Positions 31,150-44,652 of a stretch of 64,000 nucleotides of DNA are shown here, piece by piece (the first letter of the stretch is position 1; every line of letters starts with the position of its first letter). The stretch is from IMG/VR virus record IMGVR_UViG_3300042934_000212; one strand, written 5' to 3'. A model generated the notes under the pieces. It saw only the letters and a program-made list of their open reading frames with translations. It did no database searches and was not told the origin of the DNA. The translations under genes were made by a program, and so were the position numbers. The stretch is from a virus. Taxonomy: Duplodnaviria > Heunggongvirae > Uroviricota > Caudoviricetes.

Positions 31150-31587
31150 TTAATAGTAATTGTCGCCTTCGTCTTCATCATCTTGATAATAATCTTCATC
31201 ATCATCAATACAGCCGTAGAACTCCAATCCATAGGTTTCACACAATTCTTGGATTTTATCAACATCAGTATCAAGGTACACATCAAAATTACCAGTGAAG
31301 CTAATTACATCAATGTAAGATTTAGCATCAGAACTGGCATAGATAATATCGTACTTGTGTTCTTTATCGAATTTAGCATCAAGACGTGCTTTAATGTCGT
31401 AGATATTAACCCACGAGTCATCATCTGCTTGGCAGCGGTAAACATATGTATCTTCCGTTTCTAGATCTGCAATAAAATCTAGTGAAGATACCATGTCGTC
31501 GATTAGTGATTCTTCCGATATTAGGGTATCAATAATCTCCAAAATTTCAGAATCGCCAATAAAAGCGATACTTGATCGAAGTTCCAT
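31150..31587 (-). CDS. Very acidic small protein
   Basis: 42 D/E versus 9 K/R in 145 aa; promoter-like motif upstream at 31619-31647. Confidence 0.7.
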   Translation of the reverse strand: MELRSSIAFIGDSEILEIIDTLISEESLIDDMVSSLDFIADLETEDTYVYRCQADDDSWVNIYDIKARLDAKFDKEHKYDIIYASSDAKSYIDVISFTGNFDVYLDTDVDKIQELCETYGLEFYGCIDDDEDYYQDDEDEGDNYY

Positions 31588-31639
31588 TTCAAAATTTCCT
31601 TTTATTCTGTATGTCTATATTATATCACAAATTTCCAAA

Positions 31640-33124
31640 TCATTCCATATTTTCCCAATTATCTACTTCCATTTCGACATAAGGATACTGAACTTCTTTG
31701 TAGTATGCGATTCGTTCTCGACGGTGCTTAGCACTGTACTTATTAGAACCAGAAATATCATAAATCTCAACGTGGTCTTTGTCTTCTGCTCGACGTAATC
31801 CACGACCGATACTCTGAATAGTCCTAACGAAACTCTTCCCAGGTTCGATTAGTACTACATTATATAGACGACTGATACTAATACCTGTACTTGCAACACC
31901 ATAGGTAGCAATTAGTATTTTGTTATCAGCCCAACGTATTTCACCATAAGATGCTTCACGGTCTTTCTTTTTGGTGTTTCCACGGACAAATTCTGAAACT
32001 GGAATTCCTAAGAACTCACATAGTAATTCACCTGCTTCCAATCTATCGACTAGAACTAGGGTGTTACCTGTTTCTGCAATTGCTGCAATGAAAGTTGCAA
32101 CATAACTCATTCGATCTCTATCAGTAACTAAGTACTTTAACTCTGCCTGATAGTCTGCGAACTTCATTTTGCTTTTCATCTTAATACAGTTTACATTACA
32201 TGTACTAAGAATCTGTTTGTCTTGTAACTCTTTTGCTGATATTGTATAGATTATATCACCAACGTTACATTTAATCTTTGCGGCTAGAACCGGATCTTTT
32301 GGTATTGTACCAGTTAATCCCCAACGCAAAGGAATATTACACATAACTTGTCCAAGTACGGCATGTAATGCTTCTGCTGCACTGGTATGTGCTTCATCGA
32401 CAATTACTGCTATAACTCCACTAATAAAGTCATGCACATCCTGTTCGGTTAGTTCTAATTCACCTTTCTTTGTTTTCTTCCATAGTGAGTTCAATGACTG
32501 CCAAGTAGTGATTGTGTGCTGGTGGTTAAGTTCTTTCTTATCACCATAAAACACACCAGCATCTAGGCCGCACATTTCATAATCATTATAGGTCTGCTGT
32601 ACTAGGTCTTTGTTTGGAACGATGATAATACTTCTACCATATTTCTCAACACTCTTAGACATAGCAGCGGTAATTAATGTTTTACCTGAACTAGTACTTG
32701 CTAGTAGTAAACCATGTGGGTTTTGAAGACACGTATTTACAGCATTTACCTGATGTTCACGTAGAATGATTTTTTTACCTTCCATGTGGTGACCAGCAGG
32801 GAATTCGACGTAATCGAAAATGTTTTCATCAATCGCTTCGAACTCGAAGTTGTGTTGAATACGTTGGTCTTCGATTTCAATCATTATATCATGTTTTTCA
32901 AGAATAGGTAGTAACTGGTCTAACATATGATAGTGAGTACTACCACCTATGTTCATAAAGTTCACTTTACCATCCCAGCGACCCATACGGCCTGCTGGAG
33001 TGAATTTTGCATATGGTAGTGTGAATGAAACCTTACGAATCATTTCTTGACGAATATTAGGAGCAAGCCCCTCAAATTTACAGTTAACTTCATCCTGAAG
33101 TATTAACTTACAAGTTCCACTCAT
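31640..33124 (-). CDS. uvsW: UvsW-like SF2 helicase
   Basis: WDGKVNF, LREHQ, STSSGKT, VDEAH, GLTGT, ASTGISI and QSIGRGLR motifs. Confidence 0.93.
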   Translation of the reverse strand: MSGTCKLILQDEVNCKFEGLAPNIRQEMIRKVSFTLPYAKFTPAGRMGRWDGKVNFMNIGGSTHYHMLDQLLPILEKHDIMIEIEDQRIQHNFEFEAIDENIFDYVEFPAGHHMEGKKIILREHQVNAVNTCLQNPHGLLLASTSSGKTLITAAMSKSVEKYGRSIIIVPNKDLVQQTYNDYEMCGLDAGVFYGDKKELNHQHTITTWQSLNSLWKKTKKGELELTEQDVHDFISGVIAVIVDEAHTSAAEALHAVLGQVMCNIPLRWGLTGTIPKDPVLAAKIKCNVGDIIYTISAKELQDKQILSTCNVNCIKMKSKMKFADYQAELKYLVTDRDRMSYVATFIAAIAETGNTLVLVDRLEAGELLCEFLGIPVSEFVRGNTKKKDREASYGEIRWADNKILIATYGVASTGISISRLYNVVLIEPGKSFVRTIQSIGRGLRRAEDKDHVEIYDISGSNKYSAKHRRERIAYYKEVQYPYVEMEVDNWENME

Positions 33125-33147
33125 CCTTGAGTTCCTTATTTTATATC

Positions 33148-33999
33148 TTAATGTGGTTGTTCATCTAACGCGATTAAACCATCATCCATCCTGCGGGTAA
33201 TTTCAAATTCGACTGTATGTGCTAGGTCGGCATCAAAGTTTGGCATATCAGGATTTAGTACATCCATATTCATAATCATCCAGGTTAGATAATTCTGAGG
33301 TACTTCTGACATTATCATGCCTTTATGTTTACCAATAGTCATAGTACTGTACAAAATTGGAGTGTTAGCTAATGCTACAACTTGAGAACCAATTTCCTTA
33401 TTGGTATCAATCAAACCGCGTTCAATCGCTATATTTACTAGATGTACAAGTACCTTATATGTCATGTAAACATCATCTTGAGCACTGTGTGGAATGATTT
33501 TACGGTCACAAGTCTTATGAAGACCGAATTTGAACCATAAGAAGCTTAGAGTTAAGTTTTTAAACTCAGGGTCTTCAGCAAATAGCTTTTTTGCTAGTTT
33601 AAGTGTACAAATCCAACGTGAATCATCAATGAAAGGGGCAAATTCAGTACTATCAAAGCGTTCGCTATTTTTTACTAGCATTCTGCGGTCAAACTGCACA
33701 TTGTGTCCTACAAAGTACTGTTTTAGTTCAAAGAATGGGTAAAAGTCACCGTGTCCGGTATCATAGGTACGTTCATTAGCTAAATCTTCGGCTGTAATGA
33801 AGTGAATTGCTGAAGCTTCTGCCGGAATATCGGCAAGTGGTTTGAATCGTTCGGTATAATTGACTACATCATCGAATGAATCATCTGAACCTTCAGGGAA
33901 GGAAGCACTGAATTCAATAATTTCCGAAATATCGTCAACTCCAGTGGTTTCAGTATCAATTACCAAAACATTTTTATAAAAGTTTTCTAAGTTATCCAT
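33148..33999 (-). CDS. DEDDh 3'-5' exonuclease (ExoX-like)
   Basis: DTETTG, GHNVQFD, HSAQDD and a C-terminal GKHKG...VP.NYL.W domain. Confidence 0.88.
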   Translation of the reverse strand: MDNLENFYKNVLVIDTETTGVDDISEIIEFSASFPEGSDDSFDDVVNYTERFKPLADIPAEASAIHFITAEDLANERTYDTGHGDFYPFFELKQYFVGHNVQFDRRMLVKNSERFDSTEFAPFIDDSRWICTLKLAKKLFAEDPEFKNLTLSFLWFKFGLHKTCDRKIIPHSAQDDVYMTYKVLVHLVNIAIERGLIDTNKEIGSQVVALANTPILYSTMTIGKHKGMIMSEVPQNYLTWMIMNMDVLNPDMPNFDADLAHTVEFEITRRMDDGLIALDEQPH

Positions 34000-34017
34000 A
34001 AATTCCTGTCAAAAAAC

Positions 34018-34041
34018 AAAAAGGACGCAATAAGCGTCCTT
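34018..34041 (-). terminator. Terminator after uvsY
   Basis: AAGGACGC-TTATT-GCGTCCTTTTT on the minus strand. Confidence 0.75.
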
Positions 34042-34045
34042 AAAA

Positions 34046-34510
34046 TTAATCTAATCTTGCGTCTTCGATACCAGCAGTTCTCAATTTAACGATGTTGTTT
34101 AACTGATATGCTTTCATCTCTAACGATTTTACTACGCCTGCCAATTGATTTCGGATATATGACACATCTGCAATCAATTGTGATAATGCAACTACGTCAG
34201 GATCTCCATCAACATACTTCTTACAGTCTGCACTTGATAGAGCACGTTTGTAGTGCTCTAAAAGATTCTTAAATTTCTCAGATTCGAGTTGTTTCATCTC
34301 GATTTCAAGTATTTCAAGGACTGCTTCGACCTGCTGGAATTGGCTGAAGCGTAATTCATGGAACGCAGGCAACTTTTGAGCAATTTGTTCAATCAACCCA
34401 ATTTGTTTAATCTCTCTACGGGCTTCTTCAAGTTCTTCTTCGAAGAATTCTACCATATCAAGTATTTTGGATTTATCATCTTTGATAATCCAGTGCCATG
34501 CTTTTGCCAT
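34046..34510 (-). CDS. uvsY: UvsY-like recombination mediator
   Basis: Helical protein directly after UvsX, with KKYVDGDPDV and K.L..K.YQL.NIVKLR motifs. Confidence 0.75.
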   Translation of the reverse strand: MAKAWHWIIKDDKSKILDMVEFFEEELEEARREIKQIGLIEQIAQKLPAFHELRFSQFQQVEAVLEILEIEMKQLESEKFKNLLEHYKRALSSADCKKYVDGDPDVVALSQLIADVSYIRNQLAGVVKSLEMKAYQLNNIVKLRTAGIEDARLD

Positions 34511-34512
34511 TA

Positions 34513-35649
34513 TTATACTCCGGTTACTTCTTCATCTGGTAGATCAATGTCAGCACCGAATTCTTCATCACCTTTTTCTTCTTCAGTAACATGAGAAATT
34601 AGTGGATGGCGATTGAATTGACCCATTACTAGATCAAGACATGAATTAGTGTTTTGTACCCAATCTTTACGATACTGTAGTACTTGCTCACCAGTGTCAA
34701 TGTCAACATATGATAGACGGTTACCTGATTTAACAATCAGACCATACTTTTCGAACATATCAAGTAGACCGCTTACAGGGTTCATACCTTCATTCCAAGG
34801 AATCTTGATTTCTACATCTTCGAATGGTTTATTATAACGAGTCTTCATTACTTTACACTTAGAACGAATACCGTTGACTTCTGATGTTTTGTTACCATCT
34901 TCGTCTTCTTTTAGTTTTAGTTTACCCATCACTACTACAATAGATGATGCATATACTAGACCGGAACCACCACTCACTTTCGGATCTGGATTGAACATAT
35001 CTTGGCTTTCGTATGAGTGGTTTACACATACCATACCAATGTTTAATGCTCCGATACTGTTTACACAGTTTGTAATGTAAGCTTTAAGTTGTTTAGGCTT
35101 GTGACCCATATCACCTTTTAGGTTACCAGCTTTCATTTGGTCATTTGCAATTTCAGTATTCAACATACCGATACTGTCAATTACGAATAGTACTTTAGGA
35201 CGTTCGTCACGTGGCACATCTTCATAATCTTTACGATAACCTTCAATGAATTCATAAGTGAATTTAGCAACGTCGCCAATCATACCCATGTTCATCTTAA
35301 GTAGTTTATCTTCTGAAGTATCCACGCCTAGTGCATGTAGCCAATCAGAATCTAGAGCATTCTCGGAGTCAATTAAGACAACGAAGATACCTTGTTTCTG
35401 TGCTTCACGGATAATGTTACCTGATACGATAAAAGATTTGCCTGAGCCTGATTCACCAGCAAACATAGTTACTTTGCCTAGAGGGATACCCTTATCAAAG
35501 GAACCGCTGATGCGATAGTTCAATGCGAAATTACCAGTACTAATCCAAGTATCAGGATCGTGGAATCCGATACTTACACCAGAGTTTTTCTTAACTGATG
35601 CTGTACTGTTTTTGATAATGCTTGCAAGACCTGCTGAAAAATTCTTCAT
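34513..35649 (-). CDS. uvsX: UvsX/RecA-like recombinase
   Basis: ISTGNFALN, GESGSGKS, DSENA, VIDSIG, SGGSG..YASS and KTRY motifs; ATG 35649 has a GGAG RBS. Confidence 0.93.
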   Translation of the reverse strand: MKNFSAGLASIIKNSTASVKKNSGVSIGFHDPDTWISTGNFALNYRISGSFDKGIPLGKVTMFAGESGSGKSFIVSGNIIREAQKQGIFVVLIDSENALDSDWLHALGVDTSEDKLLKMNMGMIGDVAKFTYEFIEGYRKDYEDVPRDERPKVLFVIDSIGMLNTEIANDQMKAGNLKGDMGHKPKQLKAYITNCVNSIGALNIGMVCVNHSYESQDMFNPDPKVSGGSGLVYASSIVVVMGKLKLKEDEDGNKTSEVNGIRSKCKVMKTRYNKPFEDVEIKIPWNEGMNPVSGLLDMFEKYGLIVKSGNRLSYVDIDTGEQVLQYRKDWVQNTNSCLDLVMGQFNRHPLISHVTEEEKGDEEFGADIDLPDEEVTGV

Positions 35650-35711
35650 ATTTCTCTCCATGAAAATGATTAAGGCCAATCCTTGGCCTTAATTTATTAC
35701 TTACTACTTTA

Positions 35712-36758
35712 TTAGCCGCCTTTAGCTTTTAGCTTAGCAACTAGCTCTGCTGGAGATAGTTTAGCGGTTGTAGCTGCTGGTGCCGCTGCTGCTGGAGCAG
35801 TTTCAACAGTTGCTGTTTCAGTTGCTGCTGGCTTAGTTTCTGCTACTACTTGAGTAGTTTGTGCTGGAGCCTGTGCTGCTACTGCTGGAGTAGTTGGAGC
35901 GGTATTGCTTGAGCCAGTTGCTGGCTTTTGGACACCTGCTGGACGATAGAATTCAGCCCAACGAGCCGGATCGTATGCTTCACCGTTACAAGATGCTTCG
36001 AACATCTCACGAATCGCATTCAATTCTTCTGGAGTTGGTTGTTTTGGCATGAATTCACTTAGAGTGAATAGGCCATATTGTTCAATCGCTGCACGTTCGT
36101 CACCGTTTAGTGGACGCTCTGAGAATTTGAACTGAGATGAGTCATAGGTATTGAAACCGCCACCGTTCTTAGTTTTGATTACACGGAAATCACGTCCATG
36201 TTCAAAATCAGTTGGTAGTTCTGCCACATCTGGATTCAAAATGATAGATTTGATTTTTTCAAACAAATCTTTGTTCACTAGAACACGACGGATTGGATTT
36301 TCAGGTGCGTTGTCGTCTTTAACTTCAACTGAACCTGGTGCAATCATACATTGGAAAAGATAAGTTTTCTTTTTCCAGTAAGATGATGCTTGTTTAGAAA
36401 GATCTTCGTTACCAGTTTCTTTTGCTACTTTATACCATTGACGAATCTCGGTAAGAATAGGGCAAGAATTTGGAACCCACATTTCGTTACATGGAACCTG
36501 TAGACGTACCTTATCGGTATGAACACCTTTAACGCCGTTAAAGGTAAGATTAATCATCTCACGCTCACGCCAGAAGTAAGTGTTGTTTGGATCTGCGTCT
36601 GGTAGAAAACGTAGATTTAGATCTTGGTTTTCAGGAATATTCCAGAACGCTAGAAACGCGTCAGGTTGACCATTTCCGGTGAATGTTCCACTTTTTGCTG
36701 CTTCAGCTTTTGCCGCTTCAGCCGCTAGTAATGCACGAATTTCTGCTAATGATGCCAT
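35712..36758 (-). CDS. gp32: Single-stranded DNA-binding protein (gp32-like)
   Basis: LRFLPD, C...CP, YWKK and GRDF..K.....YD.S.F motifs; located upstream of uvsX. Confidence 0.85.
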   Translation of the reverse strand: MASLAEIRALLAAEAAKAEAAKSGTFTGNGQPDAFLAFWNIPENQDLNLRFLPDADPNNTYFWREREMINLTFNGVKGVHTDKVRLQVPCNEMWVPNSCPILTEIRQWYKVAKETGNEDLSKQASSYWKKKTYLFQCMIAPGSVEVKDDNAPENPIRRVLVNKDLFEKIKSIILNPDVAELPTDFEHGRDFRVIKTKNGGGFNTYDSSQFKFSERPLNGDERAAIEQYGLFTLSEFMPKQPTPEELNAIREMFEASCNGEAYDPARWAEFYRPAGVQKPATGSSNTAPTTPAVAAQAPAQTTQVVAETKPAATETATVETAPAAAAPAATTAKLSPAELVAKLKAKGG

Positions 36759-36841
36759 TTTTTGATTTCCTTATCAATTTGCTTCTTTGTTTCTTTGTTT
36801 AATTTGCTATTTGTCTTCGGCTCCATGCCGTTGACTATCAT

Positions 36842-36870
36842 ATTATACCACATTATTCCGTGGCGTTTCA
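36842..36870 (-). promoter_or_regulatory. Proximal TGAAAC-N17-TATAAT promoter of gp32
   Basis: Minus strand reads TGAAACGCCACGGAATAATGTGGTATAAT. Confidence 0.8.
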
Positions 36871-36969
36871 TTTTTCTTATTATCGGGTGGCTCTAATTGC
36901 CAACGAATAATAATAAAAAACGGCTTTTAAGTCTGTGCTGACTAATTGAGTTGCCTCAAATCTATCTAC

Positions 36970-36998
36970 ATTATACCACAAAAGTGATAAACGTTTCA
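36970..36998 (-). promoter_or_regulatory. Distal TGAAAC-N17-TATAAT promoter
   Basis: Minus strand reads TGAAACGTTTATCACTTTTGTGGTATAAT. Confidence 0.8.
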
Positions 36999-37019
36999 TT
37001 TTTCTTTATGGAAGGAGGC

Positions 37020-38321
<1,302 letters not shown>

Positions 38322-38344
38322 TCAAATCTGTATAGATATATTTA

Positions 38345-40051
<1,707 letters not shown>

Positions 40052-40109
40052 CTATCTCACTCCATGCGAGTTTTCTAGACTATTTAGCAATTTAAAAAAA
40101 TAATTTCAG

Positions 40110-40640
40110 TTAGGAAATAAGTTTGAGTACTTTATTAGTATTAAAACGTAAGTAATTATCATCTATGCTACAGTTATCCAATAGGTAGAAGTCAATAGAT
40201 TTGCCTCTTAGACCTTGACTTGCATTATAAACAAAGTTAATTTCTGATCTATTGTCAAAAACCAACCGCTCAATACTACTAACGCGGATTGTAGAAACAC
40301 TATTCTGTGTTCTTTGTATTTCTTCTGGTAATTGTTTTTCAAAAGCTTCATGTAGCTTATATACAATAGATTTGATTTCCCTTGAGATTTGATATTCTTC
40401 AGTGCAGAGAGCTACTTTTATTCCAGGATGGAAAATAGCTAACCATAATGCGGTTACTGCAAGTAATGTTGATGAACCAAATCGCCTAAAGGTCGTTATT
40501 TCAGAATAACCACCATTTTTCATATGCAACATATGGGATAGTACGTCACATTGCTCATCACGAAGGTCTAAATTAAGGTATTGTTCCATAAAATAGAAAA
40601 TAGAGTGTTTGCAAATGTCGTATTCTATTAAGTAATTCAT
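40110..40640 (-). CDS. Degenerate paralog of the terminase ATPase domain
   Basis: Collinear with the TerL N-terminus, but Walker A is RRFGSS and Walker B is YLLDN; ATG 40640 has an AAGGA RBS. Confidence 0.75.
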   Translation of the reverse strand: MNYLIEYDICKHSIFYFMEQYLNLDLRDEQCDVLSHMLHMKNGGYSEITTFRRFGSSTLLAVTALWLAIFHPGIKVALCTEEYQISREIKSIVYKLHEAFEKQLPEEIQRTQNSVSTIRVSSIERLVFDNRSEINFVYNASQGLRGKSIDFYLLDNCSIDDNYLRFNTNKVLKLIS

Positions 40641-40682
40641 ATCTTCCTTAAAAAGTACCGCCAAATTGACGGTACGTACTAA

Positions 40683-41182
40683 TTAAAGCTGCTTTTGGGT
40701 GTATGTTAAGTCCATATAGGTCTTAAATGGTCCATAAAGTGCTTCGGTATTGTTTCTTTCTTCATAAATGTCAGTACTTAGAGTTAATCTAGGTAGATAT
40801 GACCCATTTTCACTTCGAACTAACCACCAGCCAGGATAGAAACGCTTTTTCGAGCGAGAACTTTTCCTGAAAGTACCGATGCCTAATGGATCATCATATA
40901 GAATATCGATAATCGTATCAGTATCGTTAATAGGGTAGTCTCCTAGTGCTTTAGAAGCATTCGTACTGTCAGTAATGACAATCTCGGCATAAGTGAACTT
41001 TTCACCAAGTAATTCTTCAAGACCAGCCATAGAATCGAATTTCAATGTACCCGTACTCGTAAAGAACTCAATTCCCTTACGTTCAGTAGTACCCTCGTCA
41101 TAATTGACGAGAATACCCATCTTTTCACCAGTTGTAGTTTCTACAATGAATGAATATTCGGTTAAAATCTTTAATACAGCCA

Positions 41183-41183
<1 letters not shown>
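40683..41183 (-). CDS. Hypothetical protein
   Basis: Coupled to the RNase H gene. Confidence 0.7.
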
Positions 41184-42196
<1,013 letters not shown>

Positions 42197-42198
42197 TC

Positions 42199-42227
42199 AT
42201 TATACCACATTTTAGGATGCAGTTTCA
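42199..42227 (-). promoter_or_regulatory. TGAAAC-N17-TATAAT promoter
   Basis: Minus strand reads TGAAACTGCATCCTAAAATGTGGTATAAT. Confidence 0.8.
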
Positions 42228-42359
42228 TAAAAGAAATAAATAATTGCATATAAACACTTTATACCATTTTTAACTCGTTATTAATACGAACGAATTGAAA
42301 ATGATAAATAACATTAAGCAGGCAACAAGCCTGCACCAAATTAGACAAGGAGATTTCTT

Positions 42360-42920
42360 ATGAGTCTTAATTCTTTTGATCGTAACTATGGTATGTCTGC
42401 TAATAGTCGCGAATATTGGGGTGGTAATAACGGTTTCGTAACTGTTGTTGTAACTCTACCTGCCGATGTTGAAATCGGTGCTACTGCGGTTGTTGCTGAC
42501 GGTACTGAAGTTGGTGATAACGCTGCTCAGACCGCACTATCTGCTGCTGAGAAGAACCAATTTATCATTGCTCAAGCTCTTGCACAACGTGCAGTTCTAG
42601 TAACTACTTCTGCTCTATCAAATGATGTTGATACATCTGCTGCTGGATTCGGAACTGTTGGTGGAAACGTAATCGCTTTCGGTTCCGCTGGTACTCTTGC
42701 TGATAATTCTTTCGGTATTACTTACATCATTGAACGTCAAGACGTATTCAATAAGCAAGTTAACAAGCCTGGTGCTACTTATGCTTTAACAGTAGATCCT
42801 GCAAGTGAAATCGCTGCTAACCTAGCTCAAGCTGGTGTATTCCAGAAGAAAGATGGTTCTGCTGCTGACGCTGCTGGTGTTGCAATCAAAGTATTTGCTG
42901 CTCTACCAGTACTAGTATAA
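42360..42920 (+). CDS. Abundant virion structural protein (paralog 1)
   Basis: TAAATA at ~42305, a 5' hairpin, strong AAGGAG RBS and high-expression codon usage; Ala/Val-rich. Confidence 0.65.
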   Translation: MSLNSFDRNYGMSANSREYWGGNNGFVTVVVTLPADVEIGATAVVADGTEVGDNAAQTALSAAEKNQFIIAQALAQRAVLVTTSALSNDVDTSAAGFGTVGGNVIAFGSAGTLADNSFGITYIIERQDVFNKQVNKPGATYALTVDPASEIAANLAQAGVFQKKDGSAADAAGVAIKVFAALPVLV

Positions 42921-42933
42921 TAGGGAGAACGAT

Positions 42934-43590
42934 ATGTTAGAACGTATTAATGGTTTTTCTGAAAGTGGTGTTCTAGGTTATTTCTACGGTAAGAACGCTC
43001 TAGTTTCTATCGCTATCAGTGGTGCATCTAATGTTGTTGTTAAAGTTACAGGTGCTGTATGTTCTTTCGTAGAACTTCAACGCTTCCTAAACACTGACGA
43101 CACTGCTACCATCGTAGCTTTCCTAAATGACAAACATGTTGTTCGTGTTGACGGCACCGCTTTCGTAGCGGCTTCACTAGAAGCTGATTACACTGCTGCT
43201 TATGCTGCACAAACTAACGTGAAACGTGTGATTGACATTGTTCAGCAACGTGCTGTTATTCTAAGTACTTCACTAACTGCACAAGATGTTGCGGTTGCTG
43301 GCTTCAAAAATGCTCCATCGGGTGTTTCTGCTGCTGCTTCCGTTGCAGATGCAAACGTGATTACTTTCCTAGTAGAACGTGCCGCTGTATTTGATAAAGA
43401 TCTTACTTCATTCCAAGGTGTTCCAGATGGTACAATTGATGAAGGTCGTCTACTAATTGATGATCTAACAACTGTTCCAATGCTATCAGCTACTGCTACT
43501 GAAGTCATTCTTATGTCTTCTGCTACCGCTGCTGACGCAGGTAACTTTGCGATTAAAGTGTACAAGGCAATCCCTGCACTTTCAATTTAA
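42934..43590 (+). CDS. Abundant virion structural protein (paralog 2)
   Basis: Shares QRAV, IT(Y/F)..ER..VF and AIKV...(L/I)P with the upstream gene. Confidence 0.65.
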   Translation: MLERINGFSESGVLGYFYGKNALVSIAISGASNVVVKVTGAVCSFVELQRFLNTDDTATIVAFLNDKHVVRVDGTAFVAASLEADYTAAYAAQTNVKRVIDIVQQRAVILSTSLTAQDVAVAGFKNAPSGVSAAASVADANVITFLVERAAVFDKDLTSFQGVPDGTIDEGRLLIDDLTTVPMLSATATEVILMSSATAADAGNFAIKVYKAIPALSI

Positions 43591-43602
43591 TAGATACAAA
43601 CG

Positions 43603-43635
43603 AAAAAAGGACAACATTATGTTGTCCTTTTTTTT
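43603..43635. terminator. Bidirectional terminator
   Basis: AAAAAAGGACAACA-TTA-TGTTGTCCTTTTTTT. Confidence 0.88.
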
Positions 43636-44353
43636 ATTCGTAAATCTTAAAATCAGTAGAACCAGTCGTTTGATTCATTTCGTCGTTTACGCTTGTTAAC
43701 TTTGTGTCGTAGTCACCGCTGTAATCTTCAGTGGCTAACTTCCGACCCCAATCTCTGATAAAGTTATCGATAATTTCATGTTCGTCATTGCCTGGATGAC
43801 CTTCAGAACGAAGTTTTTTCCAGAAATATTCATTGTAGTCAAATGACATAATAATATCATTTGCTTCCTCATCAAATTCCACATCGAATGCAAACCAAGG
43901 CTCTTTATTGAAAGTAGCTACTTCTTTGTCATATTCGTTCTGTGTGATCCCTTTGTACTTCAAAGCATAATCCAATGCTGCTAAGTACTTCTTATCTTCA
44001 TCTTTAATTAATTCGATGAATTCCTTATCATAAGCTTGTTGATCAATCTTGTTGTACTGTAGTTCCAAATTTAGGCGACGTAGTGCTACTTCACCTGGTG
44101 GAATTACGTGATGCTCTGAATCAATTTTGATTTTGTTATCTTCAAATGAAAACTCATCAAACATCCCATGCTTAAATTGAAGTTCGTTTTGTGTCTTCTG
44201 CAAGTCATACTTAGTTAAACAAGTAATCTCTGCACGTTTTAAATCTGCTTCCAATCCTTCAAAATGGAAATCGATTAGGGCAAGCTCTTTAGCTTTACCC
44301 TTTAGACCCCAATGTGACGGATAGAAAGAGAATGGTAGTAATCTCTTAGCCAT
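43634..44353 (-). CDS. Hypothetical protein
   Basis: ORF track entry; start reassigned to ATG 44353, overlapping the groES end. Confidence 0.7.
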   Translation of the reverse strand: MAKRLLPFSFYPSHWGLKGKAKELALIDFHFEGLEADLKRAEITCLTKYDLQKTQNELQFKHGMFDEFSFEDNKIKIDSEHHVIPPGEVALRRLNLELQYNKIDQQAYDKEFIELIKDEDKKYLAALDYALKYKGITQNEYDKEVATFNKEPWFAFDVEFDEEANDIIMSFDYNEYFWKKLRSEGHPGNDEHEIIDNFIRDWGRKLATEDYSGDYDTKLTSVNDEMNQTTGSTDFKIYE

Positions 44354-44630
44354 TTTTCTTCCCAAATATATCACCAATTTTCATAACATAATAAATCTTG
44401 TTATCTTCTTCTAGGGGAGTATTTAGTGAAGATTTACCAAAAACAACAACGTCGCCGTCTGCTAGGTTATGTTCTTCACGCTCACCATTATCTAGAAAAC
44501 GTCCTGGACCTACTGTAATTACAGTACCAGTACATGGCGGCTCAACTTTAGTAAGAATAATACTAGTTGTTTTTGGTGTATTGTCAGTTAGTTCGACAAT
44601 CACATAATCGTTAATAGCTTTTAAACTCAT
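44346..44630 (-). CDS. groES: Co-chaperonin GroES
   Basis: LKAINDYVIV, GTVITVGPGR..NG, GDVVVF and DIFG motifs. Confidence 0.88.
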   Translation of the reverse strand: MSLKAINDYVIVELTDNTPKTTSIILTKVEPPCTGTVITVGPGRFLDNGEREEHNLADGDVVVFGKSSLNTPLEEDNKIYYVMKIGDIFGKKNG

Positions 44631-44652
44631 TTTTGACTCCATTCAAAATAAA

